Source: Macrostomum lignano | Lineage: Eukaryota | Direction of reading: 5' to 3' | Assembly: GCA_002269645.1 (NCBI GenBank) | Contig: NIVC01003019.1 | Location: 60,947-124,946 of the forward strand | Length of the DNA: 64,000 nt | In this document: one piece after another, positions 23,401 through 33,964 of the stretch | Position numbering within the stretch: the stretch's first letter is position 1 | How the letters are laid out: each line of letters begins with the position of its first letter | Position numbers and translations under genes: made by a program | The notes under the pieces: generated by a model | The model's input: only the letters and a program-made list of their open reading frames with translations | What the model was told of the DNA's origin: nothing | Databases searched by the model: none

Positions 23401-26400
23401 CCAACCATTACCATCCTGATCACCAACTTACGCTAATTTTAGGGGCCAATCACGGTGCTAAACTTTTGTGTCACGCGACTGCGTAAATTAAAGTGTGAGT
23501 TCAGTTATTACAATATTATTGAAACTGTCACCATCAAATAGTGCCTGGTGCATGCCGGTGATCTGTGAATGCCGATTAGGGAGCTGTTTATTAAACGATA
23601 ACTTTCTATCGTGAACTCACAAAGTCGTATCGGTTAGTTCGCCACAGTCTGGGCAGCTGCTCCACCTGTAGGATCATGTTCTTCAAATTCACAATAATGA
23701 TGGCGGATAGAACGCACTGAAATGAAGGTTTAAATTAAAAATTTGTCATAGATTTCGGAATTCAGTGCACCCTATGAACGTAGGGATAGCTGGCTACTTC
23801 AGTTATTTCACCTTGGGCACGGGCGAGAACTCCGGAGCGAACACCAGAATGCCAATCAAGGTGATGCTAATCGCGTACAAAGAGTAGACCTGAGTTTTGC
23901 CTTTCAGCGACTCGTGCAGGGAGGTGCAGGCAATTGAGGAGGCGGATACGAAGGTGCCAAACCAGCACATTCCGAAGTTTACAGCGCCGTAAGCGATCAT
24001 CTCCTGGTTGGGATCGATTTCGTAGCCGTTGCGAAGGGCGAAAGTTTTCGCTAAGGAGATCGATATTGAGTAGGAGATTATGCCCATGACAATGCCGTTG
24101 ACTATGATGCCCGAACCCGTGGTAAAGTGCTCCTGCAGCGGCGCTTTAGGGGACTCGAATCTGCGGGACAGAGATATCGAAGTGTGTTGGATAAATGTAG
24201 CGAGTGACTGACCTAGAAGAGGTAGACAGGGGAGATGATGAGTTTGATGATTAACTTAACCCTCTATTACTATTATTGCCTGGCACAAAAAGTCCAAATG
24301 AATATGTTTCTGTAGTCTATGGCCGGACCCAAGTAGGAAATAAATATTGATTGGCAGGAGAGATTCTAAAGATCAGAGGAAATGACTTACTGCATGTACA
24401 CTTTCTCTATACTAGTGCAGATTGTCCATGGTCAATCTTCATTTCCGTCAGTGCAAATTCAAATAAATTTATAAATATAAATTAAATAAAATACTAAACT
24501 GTAAATAATATACTATCCGTGCAAGGTGCTGCTCTCATCTGACTTAAAAAAACTCGTGTGGTAATTCAATGATTTCTTGTCTCTCGGTCAGAATTATTCA
24601 CGTGCTATCCATCGCCCAACCAGTCTTTATTCGGTAGCTTTTCAACTTTGGATGTCCCGATTCGTTAATTTAGTTTGCAAAATTCTGTAAATACTTTGGA
24701 AGACGAGAAATTTTTGTTATATTCCTTAATAAGGGTAGAATACGAGCTATCAGTGATTAACTATTAGTAACTTTAGAAGGCTACTCACCCTTTGCGTATT
24801 TCGCCAACTGTTGAAATCTTCAAGGTGGTCTGCCAGAAGAGAAACTTCGACAAGAGTAGACTCAGAATCAGCTTCAATAAGAATTAATTAAGATTGCTAA
24901 TTTTAAATTTAGTCTAACCAAATACAAAATCTATTCTATCAAAAAATCGACTTTGATTGAGACTTACCACAATAATATCAATAGGAATTGGCATTCGAAT
25001 GTGCTTGATGCAGCGTTCGTTAATAATTTTCACAGCCAACAAAACTAGGAAGGCAATAATGAATATTAGAATGGTCGGAATGTTCACTCTGGAGGCTACA
25101 ATCTCCTTAAATGCCTCGATGAAGTGCTGAAATAGAAACGAGCGTGTTTGTAAGCAAGAATCTGAGCGATCTTCAGTTGGTCTTTAATCTGCAGGTTCCC
25201 TTTAAACAAGTATACCTTTTCAACTTCGGATTCGTCAAAAGCGAGTTCAAATTCGTCAGCGTATGCAAAACTACCGACTTCGAAGGTATAAAGGGCTCAA
25301 GGGGAAGAGAATGAGTGTCTATGGTAAATTTTAGACAAAGTGACTTCGAATTCGTCTAAGTAAGTGAAATTCGTCAGTGCAAATACAGCCTGATCAGAAA
25401 AAGCGTATTCTCTTTCCATGGTAAGAAAAGAAGGTGTCTATGGTAAATTTAAGTAAGAAAGTGAGTGAATTTCTTCTGTGGAAAAGTAGCCCAATTTATT
25501 GAAATCTTCATTTCATGCTTTGGTTTTTGTCAGAGATGCCCTACATGACAACAAACAGCCAATGTAACGCACAAAGTCCCGTCAAGCCGACGACTGATTG
25601 CCTGCGTTGTCACAGCAGGAGCAGCAGGAAAATCTGCAACAAGCTTTTACTGCATTTCTTTGAGGGTCACAGTCTTCTTCTTCTTCTTCTTCTTCTCCGT
25701 TTATCGCCTTGCGGCGTGGAGTAGGGTCACAGTCGGCTTCCCTTCCACATACCTCGTCAACGCCCCGAGCATCTCCTCAGAAAACTTTGGTCTCACTGCA
25801 CCTCCACGCGCGTTAAGATCAATCCTACCCTCATCAACATATCTCCTGATGATGTCACTGGCAGTTGTCCTCTTGATATCCTGCGTTCAATTGCGAGTTG
25901 TCTCCAGTCTCGTCCTTGTTGAAAACATCGCACGAGTCTAGAGCGATGCACAGACGAAATTCTCATGTAGAGCATCTCTGACAACAAGCAAAGCATGAAA
26001 TGAAGATTTCAAGAAATTGGGCTACTTTTCCACAGACGAACTTCACTCACTTTCTTACTTAAATTTACCATAGACACCTTCTTTTCTTACCATGGACAAA
26101 GCAGACACTTTTCTGATCAGGCTGTATTTGCACTGACGAATTTCACTTACTTAGACGAATTCGAAGTCACTTTTTCTAAAAATTTACCATAGACACCCAT
26201 TCTCTTCCCCTTGAGCTCTATATAGTTTTGCATACGCTGACGAATTTGAACTCACTTTTGACGAATCCGAAGTTGAAAAGTTATATTACGAGCTAGGATA
26301 CCAGACATTGCAGCTTCCAGTCTACAAGATTGTTGGCGCTAATTTTCAGGCATCTTTCAGTGTCTTCAAATTAGACCGATTTTGATGTTACAAATGTACG

Positions 26401-29400
26401 TACTCGTACTTTTTTATTTGATATGTACATCAGTCGTGTTATTTGATGGTGCAGATGGCGGTGTGAACGAGGGTTAACGCCCTGCTTTTAAGCATCCAAA
26501 GCGGTAAATTAGATTTGGGACATTTGTCCTCACGTGGATAAAGCATGACGTCCTGTGCTCTAACCTATCTGCTGCACAGACGCCAAGAGTTCTCTTGCGA
26601 GTTTGCAGAGAGTCCCCGAGTCGATTCGATTTTGTGACGAAAGTGCTGCATGCAGCACCAACACTGACCATGCCGCACAGAGCTGAGGTCAGCTCGGATT
26701 GCCAGGACTTTCAGCACTCTGGCTCCCTCATAATGAACCCTTATTACCCTTCGAAAATTCTTCAGTAGCTCCATGCAGTGCTAAAGAGGTTCAGAGTGTG
26801 CTTTTCATTCGTGCAGCTGTTGAGCCGATTCTTAAGCAGCTGCTGGAAGCTGCACCAGTGATCGACTCTTCATCCTGGAACTTATTGACACTCTCTTGTC
26901 CGGTCGCCTGAGCCCAATGTCACCCGTCAACGGCGTACATACCTGCTGCATCAGTTACTCATAGCCAAGGCCGCTCATAGATAGCTAAATATAAGGACAC
27001 TAAACTCGGCTTTCTTAGAAATGAGCTTTGGGTCCGTAAGGAACGTGTATTCGTTGTATCGCCAGTGCATTTAGGGACTTCTTTAACTTTCTGTAGATAA
27101 GATAAATAAGTTTTAGTTTTGATAAGGATCATGATTTCGTCTTTTGAAGCGTATTTTATTGTGCTGATTTTAAATTTAAGCTTCATTTTTTAAGTAGCTT
27201 TAACCCAACTAAATGAAGCTTAAAGCCAACCACTGGAGCATGAAAAGTGAGGGGTTTTAGGGTGGGGATATTCTTCATGGGGATTGATTTTATAAGCTAC
27301 ATAAATTTCAATCAAAGCATAAAGACCTGTTCGACCTACCCATGTAAAAATGAAGCTAAAATTTAAAATCGACCGAACTTTTCTATGACAAATTATACGA
27401 CAAATATCAGAGCTCAGAGCGAATTTTAGTTTGGCCAAATTTTTCTTTACATCAATAGTCGAGGACTCATGAAGCGCATTTCACCAAACAATTCTTACCA
27501 GAAAGAATTTTCCGTTGCCACTAATAGTTGGAATCCGCGCACCAAGGATGTTGCCCAGCTGGCTGCTGACAATGTGCAGCGCTGCGCCGCAAGCGAAAGC
27601 TCCGTTGATCGGGTCGGACAAGTAGATAGAGAGAAAGCCGAACTGCAACAAGCCGAGCAGAAGCTGCAGAGCACCGGCAATCATTGTGATGCTCAGGGCC
27701 ACTCTGTCGTTCGCTTCCTCCCTGCTGATGCACGGACCTGCGTGATATTCGATGTTCTTTTGGTTGACAGATAATTTACTAAATAAATAGTCAAAGCCAA
27801 CAGTAACCCAAATATATGAAGCTTACTATATGAATTATAACTTTGTAAATAGCTAACTATCCAACTAGCTAACTATCCAACTAGCTAACTATCCAACTAG
27901 CTAACCATCCAACTAGCTAACTATCCAACTAGATAACTATCCAACTAGCTAACCATCCAACTAGCTAACTATCCAACTAGATAACTATCCAACTAGCTAA
28001 CTATCCAACTAGCTAACTATCCAACTAGCTAACCATCCAACTAGCTAACTATCCAACTAGCTAACCATCCAACTAGCTAACCATCCAACTAGCTAACTAT
28101 CCAACTAGCTAACTATCCAACTAGCTAACCATCCAACTAGCTAACTATCCAACTAGCTAACCATCCAACTAGCTAACCATCCAACTAGCTAACTATCCAA
28201 CTAGCTAACCATCCAACTAGCTAACTATCCAACTAGCTAACCATCCAACTAGCTAACTATCCAACTAGCTAACCATCCAACTAGCTAACCATCCAACCAG
28301 CTAACTATCCAACTAGCTAACTATCCAACTAGCTAACCATCCAACTAGCTAACTATCCAACTAGCTAACCATCCAACTAGCTAACCATCCAACTAGCTAA
28401 CTATCCAACTAGCTAACCATCCAACTAGCTAACTATCCAACTAGCTAACCATCCAACTAGCTAACTATCCAACTAGCTAACCATCCAACTAGCTAACCAT
28501 CCAACTATCTAACTATCCAACTAGCTAACTATCCAACTAGCTAACCATCCAACTAGCTAACTATCCAACTAGCTAACCATCCAACTAGCTAACTATCCAA
28601 CTAGCTAACTATCCAACTAGCTAACCATCCAACTAGCTAACTATCCAACTAGCTAACCATCCAACTAGCTAACTATCCAACTAGCTAACCATCCAATTAG
28701 CTAACTATCCAACTAGCTAACTATCCAACTAGCTAACCATCCAACTAGCTAACTATCCAACTAGCTAACCATCCAACTAGCTAACTATCCAACTAGCTAA
28801 CCATCCAACTAGCTAACTATCCAACTAGCTAACTATCCAACTAGCTAACCATCCAACTAGCTAACCATCCAATTAGCTAACTATCCAACTAGCTAACTAT
28901 CCAACTAGCTAACCATCCAACTAGCTAACTATCCAACTAGCTAACTATCCAACTAGCTAACCATCCAACTAGCTAACCATCCAACTAGCTAACTATCCAA
29001 CTAGCTAACTATCCAACTAGCTAACTATCCAACTAGCTAACCATTCAACTAGCTAACCATCCAACTAGCTAACCATCCAACTAGCTAACCATCCAACTAG
29101 CTAACCATCCAACTAGCTAACCATCCAACTAGCTAACCATTTAACTAGCTAACTATCCAACTAGCTAACTATCCAACTAGCTAACCATCCAATTAGCTAA
29201 CTATCCAACTAGCTAACCATCCAACTAGCTAACCATCCAACTAGCTAACCATCCAACTAGCTAACTATCCAACTAGCTAACCATCCAACCAGCTAACTTT
29301 CCAACTAGCTAACTATCCAACTAGCTAACTATCCAACTAGCTAACTATCCAATTATCAAACTAACCAACCAGCTAACTGGGTAGCACTAAACTACTACTC

Positions 29401-30982
29401 ACTATCGAAGGCAGTAGTATTGCTATCTCCGTAGGCTGTGGTTGCAGTGGTAATCCCAGCCACTGTGGTCAACGCATCTCCGGCCAGCGTGGTGAAGTTG
29501 ATGTCCATTGTCGTCGAGTTCGGGGCAGCGCACAGGCCAGCGCCGTTAGGGTACACCTGCTCGATGCCAGCACGGACGGCCTCGCCGACGAGCAGAGACA
29601 CGGCACCCTGGCTAGCTGCGGGTCATTGAGGAGAGGATGGAGCGGGTAAGCTGGTGGCAGACTCCACTCTAGCTTTCATAAAATCTGACCTTACCTCTCA
29701 TAAGATCTCACCCCACATATCGTACAATCTCAGCCACTTCCCATACTTACTGAAATTAAGGTGTCTCGAGGTGCCCAGAATAAAGTAGATGGTCATGGCG
29801 AAGAAGGCCGAATAAAAGCCGGACTGCGGTCGCATGTTGGCCAGCAGAGAGAAGGCAATGGCTGCAATGGAGATCAAAGGTTACAATGCACTTGACTGCT
29901 TGCCCGTGCAGGCTAAAAATCGAGAAGCAAGCCAACTGAGATTCGGCGAGGTTTCGAGTGATACTTAGTGAGATTTAAGATTGAAACTCAACGATATTCA
30001 GTGGAGATTCAAGTTGAGATTCAGCGAGGCTTTTGTAAGATTCAAAACAAGATGTAAGATTTGAGCAGCTCACTCTGAGAAATGATCAACAGACTCAAAA
30101 GCAGCTCACCCTGAGAAATGATCAACAGAATCAAAAGCAGCTCACCCTGAGAAATGATCAACAGAATCAAAAGCAGCTCACCCTGAGAAATGATCAACAG
30201 AATCAAAAGCAGCTCACCCTGAGAAATGATAAACAGACTCAAAAGCAACTCACCCTGAGAAATGATCAACAGACTCAAAAGCAGCTCACCCTGAGGAATG
30301 ATCAACAGACTCAAAAGCAGCTCACCCTGAGAAATGATCAACAGACTCAAAAGCAGCTCACCCTGAGAAATGATCAACAGAATCAAAAGCAGCTCACCCT
30401 GAGAAATGATCAACAGACTCAAAAGCAGCTCACCCTGAGAAATGATCAACAGAATCAAAAGCAGCTCACCCTGAGGAATGATCAACAGACTCAAAGCAGC
30501 TCACCCTGAGAAAGGATCAACAGACTCAAAAGCAGCTCACCCTGAGGAATGATGAACAATCCAACGCTGATCCCAGATAGCAGATCGTAGGGCCCATACT
30601 CTCTGATGTCGTAGTTCAGCAGCACCTTCAGACACGGGAACACCTTGGTGGCGATGCCCAAGGCGATGGCCCGTTTGTCCTTGATCTCCTTTCCCGCCTT
30701 GCGCTCGTCCATGAGGTTCTGCACGTGCGCCTTCTGCTCTTCTGGCTCCATTTTGTTCTGAAAAGTCTCCTCGAGCTGCACCTCGGTGAAGGCGGGCCGG
30801 GAGGCGATTTTGCCGCCTGCCGTCGCTTCGGCGTCGTTGCGGATGCCCGCATCGTTGAGCTGCAGACGGAGGTCGGTGGGGATCTTCCGGCTTCGACGAC
30901 TCACCGAGCCGCCGCCGCCTCCGTTGGAAGAGGGCGGCCCGAGACCATCGCCGCCGTTTGATGGTGCAGAGGGACCGGACAT
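20431..30982 (-). CDS. SLC26 sulfate/anion transporter with STAS domain, copy B (14 exons, ~975 aa, intact, C-terminal ETKF)
   Basis: Exons (minus): 30982-30541, 29861-29751, 29615-29403, 27737-27499, 25126-24968, 24871-24789, 24160-23812, 23716-23621, 22757-22581 (GC donor), 22434-22186, 22068-21703, 21625-21522, 21320-21167, 20616-20431. The summed length of 2928 nt is in frame, and the SLC26/STAS motifs match copy A. Confidence 0.94.
20760..21060. repeat. ~18-bp minisatellite in SLC26-B intron 13 (CACTCTCTGACCCTCCCC variants)
   Basis: Directly visible tandem units. Confidence 0.85.
25211..26285 (-). mobile_element. Tc1/IS630-like internal-deletion derivative with ~320-bp TIRs (IR/DR type)
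   Basis: 25211-25535 and 25972-26285 are inverted copies with TATA at both ends. Each arm carries two GTCTATGGTAAATTT direct repeats. The middle encodes only a frameshifted paired-HTH N-terminus: MRISSVHRSRLVRCFQQG../DIKRTTASDIIRRYVDEGRIDLNARGGAVRPKFSEEM..YVEGKPTVTL..KEM. Confidence 0.85.
25675..25722 (-). mobile_element. 48-nt 5'-truncated non-LTR retroelement tail with (GAA)7 and 12-bp TSD
   Basis: The minus strand reads ACTCCACGCCGCAAGGCGATAAACGGA(GAA)7. It is flanked by AGGGTCACAGTC at 25663-25674 and 25723-25734, and it interrupts the transposase frame. Confidence 0.8.
27845..29380. repeat. 16-bp minisatellite in SLC26-B intron 3 (CTAGCTAAC[T/C]ATCCAA)
   Basis: Directly visible and highly homogeneous. 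Absent from copy A. Confidence 0.97.
30060..30540 (-). repeat. 36-bp minisatellite built from the exon1/intron1 junction (SLC26-B)
   Basis: Same unit as 16395-16871, about 13 copies, starting at the donor GT at 30540. Confidence 0.95.
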
Positions 30983-31087
30983 CGGTGATTAGCAAGTTAC
31001 CTGGACTATTTGAAGAAAAATATTACGCATTTGAGATGGAAGCTTCATTTACTATGCTGCAAATTGGGGTTCTTAAATTTTGGCCTG

Positions 31088-31432
31088 GAGTGACAGAATT
31101 TGGGACTGAGGTGACAGATTTTCGGACTGTAGTGACAGAATTTGGGACTGTAGTGACAGAATTTGGGACTGTAGTGACAGAATTTGGGACTGAAGTGACA
31201 GAATTTGGGAATGTAGTGACAGAATTTAGGACTGAAGTGACAGAATTTGGGACTGTAGTGACAGCATTTAGGACTGAAGTGACAGAATTTAGGACTGAAG
31301 TGACAGAATTTGGGACTGAAGTGACAGAATTTGGGTCTGTAGTGACAGAATTTGGGACTGAAGTGACAGAATTTAGGACTGAAGTGACAGCATTTAGGAC
31401 TGAAGTGACAGAATTTGGGACTGTAGTGATAG
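31088..31432 (+). repeat. 21-bp minisatellite upstream of SLC26-B (GTGACAGAATTTGGGACTG[A/T]A)
   Basis: Directly visible tandem units. ORF 30958-31437 is its artefact. Confidence 0.93.
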
Positions 31433-33289
31433 AATAGAACTTACTGCTTAATACCTTTGTCTCTATAGTTCAAAGTATTAAAAAGAGAATTAATATCCGA
31501 GAGAAGAAAAGATATTTATTGCTTACAGACGATAATTAGCGGCAAACGATCAATATACGACCGGGTGCCTTGAGTGAGTGGAGTTTATGTATAGAAGTTT
31601 ATAACCGGTTTTGAAGGCGACACCTCTCACCCTCCACCGCTCGCTGAGCTTTGACCTGCTCTCGGCATGTTGCTACGAAATTTAAGCAGCTGTACAAATC
31701 TGTCCCGCAGACAATGCAAATGAATGCAATTCAAAACTAAATGAACAATGAATATCTGATAGTAAACAACAGCCTGTCACATAGAAATTAAGACTTTTAC
31801 CAGCTGAGACAGACAGCCCGTTTACGTTTTACTCTGACCCGACTGGTTTGTCGTTTCATCTCTTTCCTTCTGCTTTTGACTGCTGGGAACTGCAGACTGA
31901 ATTGCAATTGACCTGCTCTCAACACTATATCGACTATTAAGAACTATAGCAGCCATTCCGTTTAGTATTATATGCAGTAATTATACAGTATATAGTTAAA
32001 AGCATTGGTTACACTTTTAGTCAGAAAATTATTGTAGAAACTATTCAGATCGAAACAATTGTTTTGGCTATGGCAAACTTCAACTGAGGATCTGGGTGGC
32101 TGGCCCGACAAATTGAGGATATGGGAGGCTCGTGGTGGCCCCCAACCTTGAGGGCCAACCTTCTCTGTCACAACAAGAAAGTCCGTTAAATCATAAAAAG
32201 TACATAATGAGTTTTACTAAATGTTTAAACAAAGTGCCTGCTATCATAAAGAGCTTCGCGTGACATTTTACCCCAAAAACTTTTTTTTACTAAATAAAAC
32301 TAAAAATAAAATCTCGCTCACTTTGCGCGCACAAGGCAAGGCAAGTCTAAACAGAGCGTACGCGAGCGTAGACAAACAAGTAGAAGTAGAATGGGCCATT
32401 TGACGTATTCGAACTGCAGCTCAAAGTGTAGAATCAAGGCACCCAAGCATTAGCTGTCGGACCATTCTATTCATCTCCGAACCAGTTTTGCAGTCCGAGA
32501 AATTCTATAGACAAATGGAGTTGAACTCTGCCTTTATAACAGAATATTGAAATAGGCATTTTCAGCTATCTGGTTGAACTGCTTACCCCCTAATAAAGCA
32601 GGTAAGAGTATTAGAGAGCACCAACTGCAAAATGACAAAAAAATAGAAGCCAGCTTTGTCTAAACTTGTGTCATTTTTCTTACCCCATCTGCATGAGGCA
32701 TAACTACAGTCATAATCATACATCTAACTGTGAACTGTGAACTTTGAGTTTAACGCACTTAAAAGTACAATACGTGGTCCACAAGTTCGACTCCGTGTGT
32801 GTGTGTGTGGGTGTGTGCGTCTGTCTTCGCCCGTATCCCTTAAACCATGAATCGAATAATAACTCATTGACTTGCTTTCCAGAGCCAACAAGCACTCTGT
32901 TGGTCAAATTGGTGGCAAAACGCCACAAGCTCAAGTTTTATTCATTTTTATAGTGCAAACTATTCACAGTTTTTATTTTAGGTAATAAAATATCAAAACA
33001 ATAGTTGTGTAACCATTTTTTCAAATAATAAAATAGCTAAAATGCGACACCACTACTAGTTAACTACTTGTAGTAGAGAACAAAGCAAATTTATTGTCTT
33101 AATTAATTTGGAAGCTTTATCTTGGCGACTTGTCAATGGATAAGACTGGTTAGAAAAATTACTAGCATTATTTTATGCAAAACTAGGAAAACATAATGAG
33201 CAGAAACTGTTCAGGATGCTGTTCGCAAAGACAGAAGACATTAGCCAATAAGGCCATTCTCAAGCTACATCACCAAGGACGATATCCCA

Positions 33290-33870
33290 CAGGGTAGATA
33301 AAAGGGCGATTCTCACAGGGTAGATAAAAGGGCGATTCTCACGGTAGATAAAAGGGCGATTCTCACAGGATAGATAAAAGGGCGATTCTCACAGGGTAGA
33401 TAAAAGGGCGATTCTCACGGTAGATAAAAGAGCGATTCTCACAGGATAGATAAAAGGGCGATTCTCACAGGGTAGATAAAAGAGCGATTCTCACAGGATA
33501 GATAAAAGGGCGATTCTCACAGGGCAGATAAAAGGGCGATTCTCACAGGGTAGATAAAAGGGCGATTCTCACAGGGCAGATAAAAGGGCGATTCTCGCAG
33601 GGTAGATAAAAGGGCGATTCTCACAGGGCAGATAAAGGGCGATTCTCACAGGGTAAATAAAAGGGCGATTCTCACAGGGTAGATAAAAGGGCGATTCTCA
33701 CGGTAGATAAAAGGGCGATTCTCACAGGGCAGATAAAAGGGCGATTCTCACAGGGTAGAAAAAAGGGCGATTCTCACAGGGCAGATAAGAGGACGATTCT
33801 CACAGGGTAGATAAAAGGGCGATTCTTACAGGGTAGATAAAAGGGCGATTCTTACAGAGAAGATAAGTGG
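33290..33870 (+). repeat. 26-bp minisatellite (GGGTAGATAAAAGGGCGATTCTCACA)
   Basis: Directly visible tandem units just 3' of LETMD1. Confidence 0.93.
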
Positions 33871-33964
33871 TGATTCTCACCTGCACATAGCACACTCCAA
33901 GGCAATTATCAGTAGATCAGAATGGGTCAGAAGTGTTCTATATTTATACATATTTATATATTTG

